Part shown: one piece after another, positions 53,101 through 64,000 of the stretch
Numbering within the stretch: position 1 is the stretch's first letter
Layout of the letters: every line of letters begins with the position of its first letter
Position numbers and translations under genes: made by a program
The notes under the pieces: model-generated
Database searches by the model: none
What the model was told of the DNA's origin: nothing
The model's input: only the letters and a program-made list of their open reading frames with translations
Assembly (NCBI GenBank): GCA_035084275.1
Contig: CM068753.1
Span: forward strand, 2,418,001-2,482,000
Source of the DNA: Hydrolagus colliei
Taxonomy: Eukaryota
Length of the DNA: 64,000 nucleotides
Direction of reading: 5' to 3'

Positions 53101-54185
53101 ATAAAACTTTAAGGTGAACAGGGCAGCAGCAAAGGCAAGCTCACAATGTACTGCGGGTGTGGTGTAGGCTGCCTGTGTGTATTCAGGTCAGAATTTCCTC
53201 TCCACCAACCCCCGCCACCTCCCCCCACGACCCCCCCCCCCCCACCCCCTCCTGCGCATTCAACTAGCTTTATCAGGCTAAATATAGATGTATATCAGAT
53301 CTCGCTTCAGTTTCCTGCCACCAGGGACCCAAGCATTTCAGGAATTTTGATTTAAGAAATGAATTGGCTGAAACACAGGAATTGGGGGGTGGTGGGGGGG
53401 GGGTCAAAGGCACACACACAGACCACTTTGCTCCCACAATAATAATAACAGTAAAAATTAATAAGAATAATAATAATCCTGGCATTTTGATGTAGTGCTT
53501 TTCACTAGTATTCTCAAAGCGCTCCACGGACAGAACCGTAGAGTGAATGGACGCTGGCAGTGGCAGCCTGTCATGCGACACGAGGAGGGACGAGGGTGGC
53601 TTTCGCTGGCGCCGATGAAATTTTGTCGCGTTCCTTCACGGCGCTCTGTGGAGAACATTGCTCGCCCGGACGGCAAAGATTATCGTCACTCGTTCTCAGA
53701 GACCTATCCGAGTCACAGCGGCCACAGACTGAGCCTTCTGGCAGGAAACCTAAGTGGCCTTTTCGCGCAGTGAATTATTCTTTTCCCCGGGAGCATTTAA
53801 CAGTGTGTTGTTTTTTTTTTTCTTTTTTTAAAAAAAAAAAATCATCAGAGAATCCAACGCTGCCACACACCGCGTTCACAGGTCAGAAAACTTCCCGTTC
53901 AGACGGACCTTTTCATGTTCCTGAGGTTTGCACTTTGGCACCTGAAGTATACTTGCGAGACATATAAAAATCGGGTTTTTAAGACTTATTTTCATAAAAT
54001 AAACAAAACGCGCCTCCCGTTTCCCCCCCACCACAGAATTTAGCCTGAAAACAGCAACGACACCACCACTAGATTTTGTTCATGCTGAGAGGAGAGGATG
54101 GTCCTACTCCTCTGTTGTGGGCGTGAATCGCCAACGGAGATTACGGACCTACAATCACCTCACTCCTGATCAATTTCATCTCATC

Positions 54186-54613
54186 TAATAATAATAATAA
54201 TAATCATCATCCCTGTATTTGGCTCAGCGCCTTATCACATCTCTGAGATGTATATGTATCTAAATATATATATATATTGACTGTATATGTATATATAGAC
54301 TGTATATGTATACATATATATAGTGGGCGAGACACGGCAGCCAAATCGCGCACTGCAACGCCCCCCACAAACAGTTGTGGATTGAAATGACCAATTTTAT
54401 TATTGCGGGGGGGTTTTGGGGGAGGGGGGGATTATTATTAGGCGCGCGCGCGTGTGTGTTTGTGTGCGTGTGTGGGTGTGTGGAGTAAGGAGACTTGCCT
54501 CCAAAGTTTCTGCCTTGACCTGACCTGCCTGGGTTTGAAATGCAGGTCTCTCACGTTCGTAAGGCGAGTGAAAGCGCTCTCTAACTCTAACCCACTGAGC
54601 TGCAGGACACTCC
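54186..54613 (-). mobile_element. SINE, full length
   Basis: Complete reverse-complement copy with internal (TA)n expansion. Confidence 0.85.
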
Positions 54614-57600
54614 AATTGTGTTATCACGGTGCCTGTACTCATGTTCTCTGACCCTCTTGCTCTCACCAGAAACCGTGTCACGGAAAGACCACCCAAGCTC
54701 TTTTATAAGGCAGCGTGTGTATGTGTGTGTGTGTTTTTCTTTTAAAAACGTACGGAAAGCAGAAATAACTAACCCAGCATTAGACTGAGCTCCCCTCAGT
54801 CCCCATCAAATAAAAAACCACTATTTCACTTCACTGAGTTGGGCAGCAATAACTGATCTCTCCCAGCGAGGAGAGGCCAGACACAAACAGGGGCTTTAGG
54901 GACTGTTCGGTGGCTTAGTTTCTGCAGATAATCCGTGACTATTTCAGATATCCCTTCTAAACATAATAAATTAGAAACCCTGTTACTCCCCCTCTCTTCA
55001 CCCCCCCCTCCCCCCCATCTCACACACCCTTTTGACGAAAGCCAGGGTTAGTGACTTCTTCCGATTGCTTATCAATAAGCCGCGAAAGGCTAAACGTCAA
55101 TACACACATGGTGGCCGTTCAGGTAACGCTCCTCTCTCTCTCTGTAATGGAAACGGATTGCGTTTTATCTTCTAACGTTTTGTCTATCGGTTCTATATGT
55201 CGAAGGGCCAACCGCGAATGCATTACAAACTGGGGCGGGGGGGGGGGGGGGGGGGGGGTTCTTGAAAAAAAAATTCCATCTCGCTGCCTAGCCCTGAGGG
55301 CAAATGAGTTTTGTGTGTGTCTCTCTCTCTCTCTCTCACGCGAACAAACTGAAAATCTACTCAACCGACTCGCTGGTAATGTCAGTGTGTTTTATCTCTC
55401 CGTCTCCAACTTTGTTGCTTCTGTGGTGTGTGGGTGTGTGTTTATATAAGTGTGTGTGTGCGCGCGCGTGTGTGTGTTCCTTTTTCGGGGCGCGAATAAA
55501 GAGTTAATTCAGGGAAGTTTATATCGATATATATTTCATAAGAATATAATCGAACTCAACTTAGCCTCAAGACAAAAAAGTCGTCTCGTCAAGCCCGGGC
55601 TCTTATAAATGCCATAAATTCCAACGCTGAATCATTTATCACTTAGCGCTCTCACAGCACATCGCCCTCCATATACAGTGAGTGTTGGTACATCAGCGAT
55701 TGCTTGAAGGCGGACAGGACTCAGTTGCTAATAATATTTGTGTGAACCTGTTTTTTTTTGTGGGGGGGAGAGTAAAAGGCTAACTGTTGAGGAATCGAGA
55801 CCTACTTTTAGCGCAGAGAGAGAGGGTTTAGTGATAAAGTTCCTGTTGTCAATTGGAAACCCAACCGAGGCGTGTGTGCAGAAGAGTTTTCTCTACTATA
55901 GCGCAGGGCTACTCCTCAGCCCCCATCCATCCCCCCAACCCATCCCCCCAACCTAACCCCCTCTCCCCCACCCACCGCGCTGCGGATATATACTCAAGCC
56001 TCTCATGTCACTCAAACGGCAACTGTCCAAACCCATGGAATCTCACTCTGCTGCCATGTCATTTGCCCCCTCCCCCCACCCCCAAGATATATATATATAT
56101 ATAGTATACAATCAATCCACTTTACAGATTATCCTGCGAGGCTGTTTGAGACACAGTCTCGGAGACGCGATAAGCTGTTATATCAACTGCAAGTTGTACT
56201 ATTGTTATTATTTATAATTCTTATAATAATTCTTATCATCATGTAAAGCCAAGTAAGTATCCTGCTTTGCCAATCAAGTTTCAAGAAATGTCTTAGTGCA
56301 GCGCAGTATAAGGAGATAAATGTTAAGTCAAAATAAAACCAGACCCTTCACATTTAGGACTGCAATTCATTAATACAGGTAGACGCGTCTAATAGATTTT
56401 TCTTTTGTAGATTTTTTGTTATTAAACCCCCCTCTTCCCCACCCAACCGCCTCCGCAAACCCGTCCTGATTTCAACAATATGGAGATTTTTCCAGCCTCG
56501 AATTGGTTTTGCGTTAGTTCATACGGAGGTCAAGACGACTGCTGTAAATCTAGAGAGACCCCAGGTCCACACACACACACACACACATACACACACACCA
56601 CACACACACACACACACACAGATTTTTTTTAACGTTTTGATCAAAAAAAACAAAAGCGTCCAGGCCCTAATTACCATTTCACTGCAAACATTAAAACAAT
56701 GTTGATTTAGTTCAGCAGCTTCTCTTACACCGTCACTTTACACCTCGTGTGACGCCACGCGTTGAAATTCCACCACAAAAGATAGTGCCGACTTTTTTAA
56801 AAAAGCTAGAATAAACACACGCGGTGTTTGCCTGCCTGCCTGCCCTAATCACTGCCTTCCCCGAGTCCTGAAAACCATCTCCCAGCCCTGCTGCACTCCT
56901 CATTTCCATCCTAACACCATCTTTCCGACTTCACTCAAGCCTCTCTCTCTTTCGCTCTCTCCCTCCCTCTCTCTGCTCGACGCACTGTGGAATACGACAC
57001 TGGGCTTATAAAGTCAGGCAGGAATTGGGCAGAACATGTAACGTACGTGGTCTAAGTATATATTCGGGTTTCGCTCGGGGTTACTTACGGAGCTGGTGTT
57101 TTAGATGTCGATTTTAAAATTATTTGACGTTCTATTGAAGTTTCCGTTTACACAATCTTTGTGACTGACGAGAACAGGGATTGTCGGCGTATTCAAGTTT
57201 GCTCTTTTTAAAAAAAATAAAAATATATACTGTACATGTATACATATATATATATATTTTTTTAAAGTGCATGGGCCAAGGTTTCTAAATAAGCAGAAAC
57301 ACACACAAAAAAATAATGGGACTCGGAGCCAAGTTTGCCACAGGCAAACATAGTTTTCTTTCAAGGAAAAAGCTGGGAAAGAGTTTGTTAGACTATTGTT
57401 CTGTATTAAAAACTCATGTGTTTGTTCAACGCACCGTGGGTCGTTGCAATGAGTGAATGATGTCTTTGACATGGCAAACCTCTAATTGTAACAAGTCCAT
57501 ACTCACTAAGTTTTACCAGATGCTACGAGGGAGGTTTGATTAACAACCACACTGGATTCCATGTACAATCTGATAATGATGATTTTACAACTCAATATTA

Positions 57601-60600
57601 AAACCCTCGTTTTTTTTTATAAAGGAAACATTATGTCAGCAAATTCAGGATCAAAATTTTAGGACCAGAGTTCACCTCTAGCCTACTTAATATGGGATTA
57701 TTTTAAAGAGAAATTATCGTTTTTTGCAACCCCCCACCCCTACCCCCCCTCGCCATAACCTACAATAAAAAATACAGGATTGTCAACGTTTCATTTTATT
57801 TTTTTGTCAACAAAAAATAATTGACTTCACCTTGTCGGGATCAGGATTTGCTGAATCGAGAATTCTAGCTGAAATGTCCATCGCTGCAATAATATCAAAA
57901 AAAAACTTCCAAGACCTTGTAAAAAATAAAACTCTGGCAGTGGACTAAAATAGAATAGGTTTGTTAAATGAGGGTTTCAGATATTTGTGAAAGTGCTCAC
58001 AATTATTTTGACTACAATATATACTTGTGTCACTGCACTTGACATTAAATACCGTGATATCCTCCTGAATTCAAAGGAGCTATATATCATATACATAATT
58101 AATTGGCTGCCGCGTTTCGCCTACAAATATACAGTCAATTCACTTTACAGTATATTCCGTGAAGCGCTTTGAGACACAGTCTAGAAGACGCGAAAAGCGC
58201 CGTATCAAATGCAAGGATTATTAGTAATGTATTAGTATCTTTCCATGAAAATATTTGGAATAATCCGTGGATTTGGTATAAAATATTATCTAAATCGAAG
58301 TTGCTTTTGTTGTTATCGCCCAGCGATTACAGTGACATTTAACACAATGAGGCAACCTAGGAAACATTGATTAGCGTGTAGACAACTTCTCCGAATGTGC
58401 CGTAAACAGCAATAACTAATCAATGTAAGTTTTTTAAAATCAATGTGGATTAGGCTGGAGGGCGGCTGACAGTGAATAAATCCCATCTGATCAGTACAAA
58501 GTATCTCCATCACAACATTACGAATGAACACAGGTCTTTAAAAACACAAACCTCAAAGCACCACAAAGTTAACCGTTTCAAATCTAGGCTCTGGAATCGA
58601 TATACAGCAAAGCCATTTTGTTCGTCTTCAGTCTACGGGTCTGCGAAAATCTAACACGAGTTAGAACCTTTTAGCTTCCGCTCGAGTGTCAGTGCCCAGA
58701 CTTTAAACTGAGATGTGAAGCTTGGCTTCGCACGTCAGCAACACTGCAGTCTTGCAGGGTCAAGAATGTTACTTGTTAAACAGAAAGAACAGGTGTGGTG
58801 ATTTTGTCAGATTAATTCTTCCAAGATCTCACGGCTGTGGTTAAGTGAGTAGCCAAAGCTCTAACTAATGGGTAGGGTGGTCCTAGCCGGACAAGCAGCA
58901 AGGAAAGCTCGTCAGGCAGGAATGTGTATCAATGGCAAGGTTCTGCAGTTTTAGTCGGTTAGATCTTCAATTGGCTGCCGCGTTCTGCCCACAAATATGT
59001 ACAGTCAATTCACTTGACAGCCTATTCCGCGAAGCTCTTTGAGACACAGTGTAGAAGAGGTGATAAGCTAAGCGCTCTATCAAACGCAAAGCTGATTGCT
59101 GTCATTATTATCATTATTATTATTATTACGCACACACACGCACACACACACACACATACTTGAGTCATATAGTAAATTACTGGTGAACAGGAACCTCGTT
59201 CCCGAATACACCGTCCACGAATAAATCCTATCCCCGCTTCTCTCACCCAACTGTGAGTGTCAAAGGTTCCCCAACAGAGAGAGATTTTTTCTTCACATTC
59301 CAGTGGCTGTGCCCACAACCGAAAATCACAAGTCACAAATTGGGGGCTAATTAGCCAATCTCACTCTGGCAAGAATAGATAGGCACAGGGAGCTGGGAGG
59401 ATATCAGGCGTATTATTGGGGACTTATTATTTAGTATTATTATAAAACTGCTGCCTAACTCACGCTCTCCACCTGTACTGTGAGTACGTCATATAATAAT
59501 ACTTGTATTTAATACAGAGCCACGTCTTCCAACCCGTCTCAAAGCGCGTCATGGAGTGTATACCGTAAAGTGAATTGACTGTGTGTATGTGTGTGTGTGT
59601 ATTATTGTGGGCGAAACGAGGCCAGCCAATTGCGCACATAGCCAGTACAAGCCTCACTTAGTCCGGGGTGGGGGGGAAAGGTTAGAGTTGAAATAATAAT
59701 TTCCTTGGAGGGGGTGTGGGCAGGGTTGGGGGGTGGGGGCGAGTGTTGGGGAGGGCGAAGGGGCTGGGGAGGGGGGGGGGGGGGGAATAGTGATCTCTCT
59801 CTGTCCCCCAGTGAACTGTACTTCAGTCACCTCCTGTTCAGAGCCATATCGATTGGACAAGTACCAAGCAGAAGCTATAATATCAGCTAAACGTGAGGAA
59901 ATGTATACATGGGTGGCCTTGATACCTTCTGACAGCTGGGGAATCAGTGAGGCCCTAATGGGAATGTCTCTCTGCGAATGTTATTGATTTAATGCCGGAT
60001 CAGGCCTTGGAATGGGCTGGGGCAATCCATAACTTATGCAACTAGAGTGACGGGAGAGGGAGGGAGGCGAGGGGGGGTGGGGAGGGGAGGGGGGGGAATA
60101 GAGAGGTGCCAGGATATATAAAGCGTTATATTCTTAAAGGGAAATAAAAAATGCGTTCCTGTTTTAAGCCTTTCTCCTCCTTTAACCTCTGCTATCTGAG
60201 AAACCATCACTTTGTAAATATATATATATATCTATACATATTTTACAATACGGAAAGGCGTCGTGGATGCAAAATCACTGCCAGTGGCTCGGTGCTGATT
60301 GTCAATGAATCACAAGTGATCTCACAGTACAGTATTGTGACTATACACAGTCACTACACTACTATAATAATAATCCTTTCACTTGATATAGCGCTTTTTC
60401 ACATCTTATTGTCTCAAAACGCTTCACAGAANNNNNNNNNNNNNNNNNNNNNNNNNNNNNNNNNNNNNNNNNNNNNNNNNNNNNNNNNNNNNNNNNNNNN
60501 NNNNNNNNNNNNNNNNNNNNNNNNNNNNNNNNNNNNNNNNNNNNNNNNNNNNNNNNNNNNNNNNNNNNNNNNNNNNNNNNNNNNNNNNNNNNNNNNNNNN

Positions 60601-61281
60601 NNNNNNNNGCTCGTTATTATTCTTACGTTGATAATTATACCATTTTAATGCGCATAATCCGCAAACTTTAGCGAGTCAGTTTGTTGTAAGTTCTCTGTGG
60701 TTTAAAGCTTTTTCAGATGACCATTTTTCCTAACTCCCCCCCCCCCCCCCCCCCCACCTTGAACTGGGTTTCCCAGTATAATGAGAGCCTGTAACCAATT
60801 TGTTTATGACAATTACCTAATAACATCCAGCTCAATTAAAACAGGGGCTGGTTTGTCCCGAGGAATCTTGCGCCGCAGAGAGAACCGTAGGAAACCAATT
60901 TAACTTCTCAAGGTGGCAACCATTAATTACCTTGGAAAGGTTATGCAAATAGTGGAGATGCCTGATAAACCGCAGGGCCTCTCTCGCTGTGTCAAACACA
61001 AACATACCGCGTAAAAAAAAATGGGGGCGGAAGAGGTGTGGGGGGGGGGGGGGGGGGGGAACTGACAGCTGACAGGTTTGTTGTGCGTTGGGAGCCAGGT
61101 GAAGTATCACCTATGTGTGAGTCCCAGAGGAACAGGCAGGCCAGAGTTTGTCGCACTTTTAAGAGGGGGAGTGGGCGTCTCGTCTCTGTTCTCCAAGGTC
61201 CGTTCAGCCCTCCGTCATGGAACTGATCTATCGCTGCAAAGAGATTTCACCGGACGAGCTCGTGGCTGTAGCTTGATGACA

Positions 61282-61540
61282 ACTTGGGCAAGTTTCCTTA
61301 CTCTACACGCCTAATAATAATCCCTCAAAACATTTTGGGGGTCATTTCAGTCCACGACTGTTTGTGTGCTGGTGGTGGGGGGGGGGGGGGGGAACGCTGG
61401 CTGTGTGCGATTGGCTGCCACGCCCACAAATATATATACAGTCAATTCACTTTACAGTATATTCCTGTGAAGCGCTTTGAGACACAGTCTAGAAGATGTG
61501 GAAAGCGCTACATCAAATGCAAGGATTATTATTATTATTT
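61282..61540 (+). mobile_element. SINE, 5'-truncated
   Basis: CTTGGGCAAGTTTCCTTACTC through tail. Confidence 0.85.
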
Positions 61541-64000
61541 ATCTGCCACAGAATCTAATTAATTGCTCGCGATATAATACAGTATATATATATATTATAT
61601 ATCTATATATATGTATGGCTCCGGTTTCAGAGACTATCGGCTTCTGAGTAAAATCTCAGGTGTTACTTTGAACCCGAACACAAAATCAACACACGATACA
61701 CGGCACCAGGAAGTGTAACAGGAAGTGTAAGCAACAACGACGACTTCCACTCACATCGTGCAGCCCCCCCCCCCCTCCTCCCCTCCCCCCCCCCCCCCCC
61801 CCCCCCACTTTCATGCCCAGTAACATTCCCAGAACGTTACTTTGATGTCACGGATTGATCTTCAAGCCAAACTCACCAGCCGCGCTGCCAGTGTAACGAT
61901 CGACGGCCTTGACTTCCTGCACACTTTACGTCCCGGCTTGAAGATTACAAGGTGAAGCCCGATGATGTCAGTCGGCCAGCCCCCCCCCCCCCCCCCACCA
62001 CCCACATCTGCCAATCAGCCCCGTCAAACCCACTGCAATGCAAGCCGTTCGCCTTTTTAATTGAAATGTTGTGTCGCGCACGGTTTTGAGTGAGTAAAAG
62101 TTTCCTCCACAAGTCTTAACGACAGCCAAACGCAGGCCTGCTGGGTGTGTGTGCAGAGAGTGAGACGGGAAGGTCACAAACTCTTACACTCAGCCTCAGA
62201 AATGGACTACCTCTACCCCCACCCAAAACGAAAGGGAGAGAGAGATGGATAAGAGAGACCTTTCTCTTTGACCGCGGCCTTTGGTCACCTCTCTACCCAC
62301 TGTCCCTGACTCGGTCCCACGATCCGCTATTGTGAAGCTCTCTGAGACACCCTCCTGCGTGGAGGGCACTCTATACATCCAAGTTCTTGTTGTTGTTGTT
62401 GTCTGCACACCATCGATAAGATTCTCTTCAGCAGAATTCACCGGCCACTGGTTTCGCCCCCACAGATTCCCGATTTACTCACTGAAGCTTTAATGGGTTA
62501 AAAAGCTTTTTCTTAAAACGTAAAAGTGGGATGAGAGCAGCAGGCCTGGAAAAGAGTCACAACAGTCCCCGTCACGTTGCTATTCAGGTGGACTGCTCAT
62601 GGAGGCTCAGTGGTCAGGAATCTCGCCTGTGGGGGGGGGGGGGGGGGGGGGTGGGTTGTGGGGGAGGTTAATAATCCCTTCGACAATACATAAATAACTA
62701 ACTAAATAAAAATAATTCATTTGGTCAGTAACTCCGTGACTTTCTCCCCCAGCAGTGAGTTCCAGGTTCTCACCAGCCTTCCCTACATACTCTTTCAATC
62801 TACGTTTACAGTGTAATCCCGTGAAGAAGCGCTTTGAGACCGCAGCCCCGAAGGCGTGATAAGGCAAGGATTGCCATTATTAACATTGATACTATAACTG
62901 CATCCACGTCGCTATTTTAAAAAGGTTAAGGCTTTAAAAACAAGTGAACTTGCGGATGTGAGAAGATAATCGCGCGCACACACACACTAGTCATTTCTAT
63001 TAGTTGTATTCTACTTCAACCCTAGAGGGTAAAAAACACACGGCAACACACTGCAAAACTACTAGGGCCATACCCATCATCGACAGGTTTCACGTTCAAA
63101 TCCGAGTCACAGTTTGCTGATGTCTCTCCCGGGGCCTCATTAGCTTCAGGCTCTCTAGGTTTTGGAGTACTAATAATAACAACAACAACAACAAAATTGT
63201 TAGGGAGAGAAAGATCAGGCTGAGGTTCCCTGCGTCCGTCCGACCGACCGCACGCACATTTCAGGAGAGAATTGGGTTCCTGCGTTTACACACCCGACTC
63301 CCCACACACCATCCACCCACCCCAACCCCCCCAGGTCCCACTACCTTACCAGCACACAGCATTCACCTAACACAATACACAGTCACTACACTTCACTGTA
63401 CGGTTCCGCGGAGTGCTTTTTTTGAGATGGATCCACGTTGGTGGGGGGTGGGGGGGGTGGGGTGGGGTGGGAAGAAAGGCACAATCAAATGTAAAGACAT
63501 TCATATTCATCATCTGTATAAGGTGAGCCTGGGCATCTCTCTCTGGTCGCGGTCAGTCGGTCGGTCACTGGGGAAAGTCTCTTTAATGCTCGACGTGTTA
63601 TTGTATTATTTTAATCCACGGTGGGGTTGTGGTGAGAGGGCAATGGGTGGGAGGGAGGAAATCTCCATGTGTAATGTGAAATGTTCCACCCCTGAAAGGA
63701 TTAATGGCATAATTAACTGCACGTTTAATCTAATGGGGGAAATCAGAGAACAACAACTGGCCCGCAGCCCAACACGACGATTTCAGACATTCCAATTGTT
63801 CAGTAAGTTACAAGGCGAATTCCGTGCAGGCAAAAAAAAAGCAGGGAGGGGGATTGGGAGGGAGGGGGGGGGGGGGGGGCTTTTAAATTGTGCCACAAAT
63901 TGTTTGTTCTCAACAAACTGCCCTCACTCTCTCTCTCCTACACACATTCGTCAAACCAGGTGACTTCCCTCGTCCAACTTTATTACACAGACTTCCGCAC

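Noticed and set aside
38780-64000. Next upstream ERC2 coding exon
   Set aside because: No ELKS-like coiled-coil sequence found; it presumably lies beyond the window or in the gap at 60432-60608.

Overview
Vertebrate genomic DNA, most likely a cartilaginous fish. The taxon is inferred from the repeat families: a tRNA-headed Deu-like SINE, CR1 and L2 tails, and a shark-type palindromic repeat. The minus strand carries the 3' end of ERC2/CAST: coding exons at 38632-38779, 34250-34381 and the DDEEGIWA* exon at 25394-25420. It then carries the terminal coding exon of WNT5A (18525-18983) and a ~3.3 kb 3'UTR, matching the conserved ERC2-WNT5A synteny. WNT5A exons 1-4 and its promoter are not visible; the 6.4 kb where they should lie contains three short N-gaps. 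The rest is intronic or intergenic: about 30 copies or fragments of one SINE family, LINE tails, a hAT/Charlie MITE nested in a SINE, microsatellites, poly-G/C runs and several motif-dense enhancer-like blocks. Almost all listed ORFs are low-complexity artefacts. I found no convincing new multi-gene system. The best leads are splicing and RNA-structure oddities around the ERC2 C-terminal exons and the apparently orphaned WNT5A exon.
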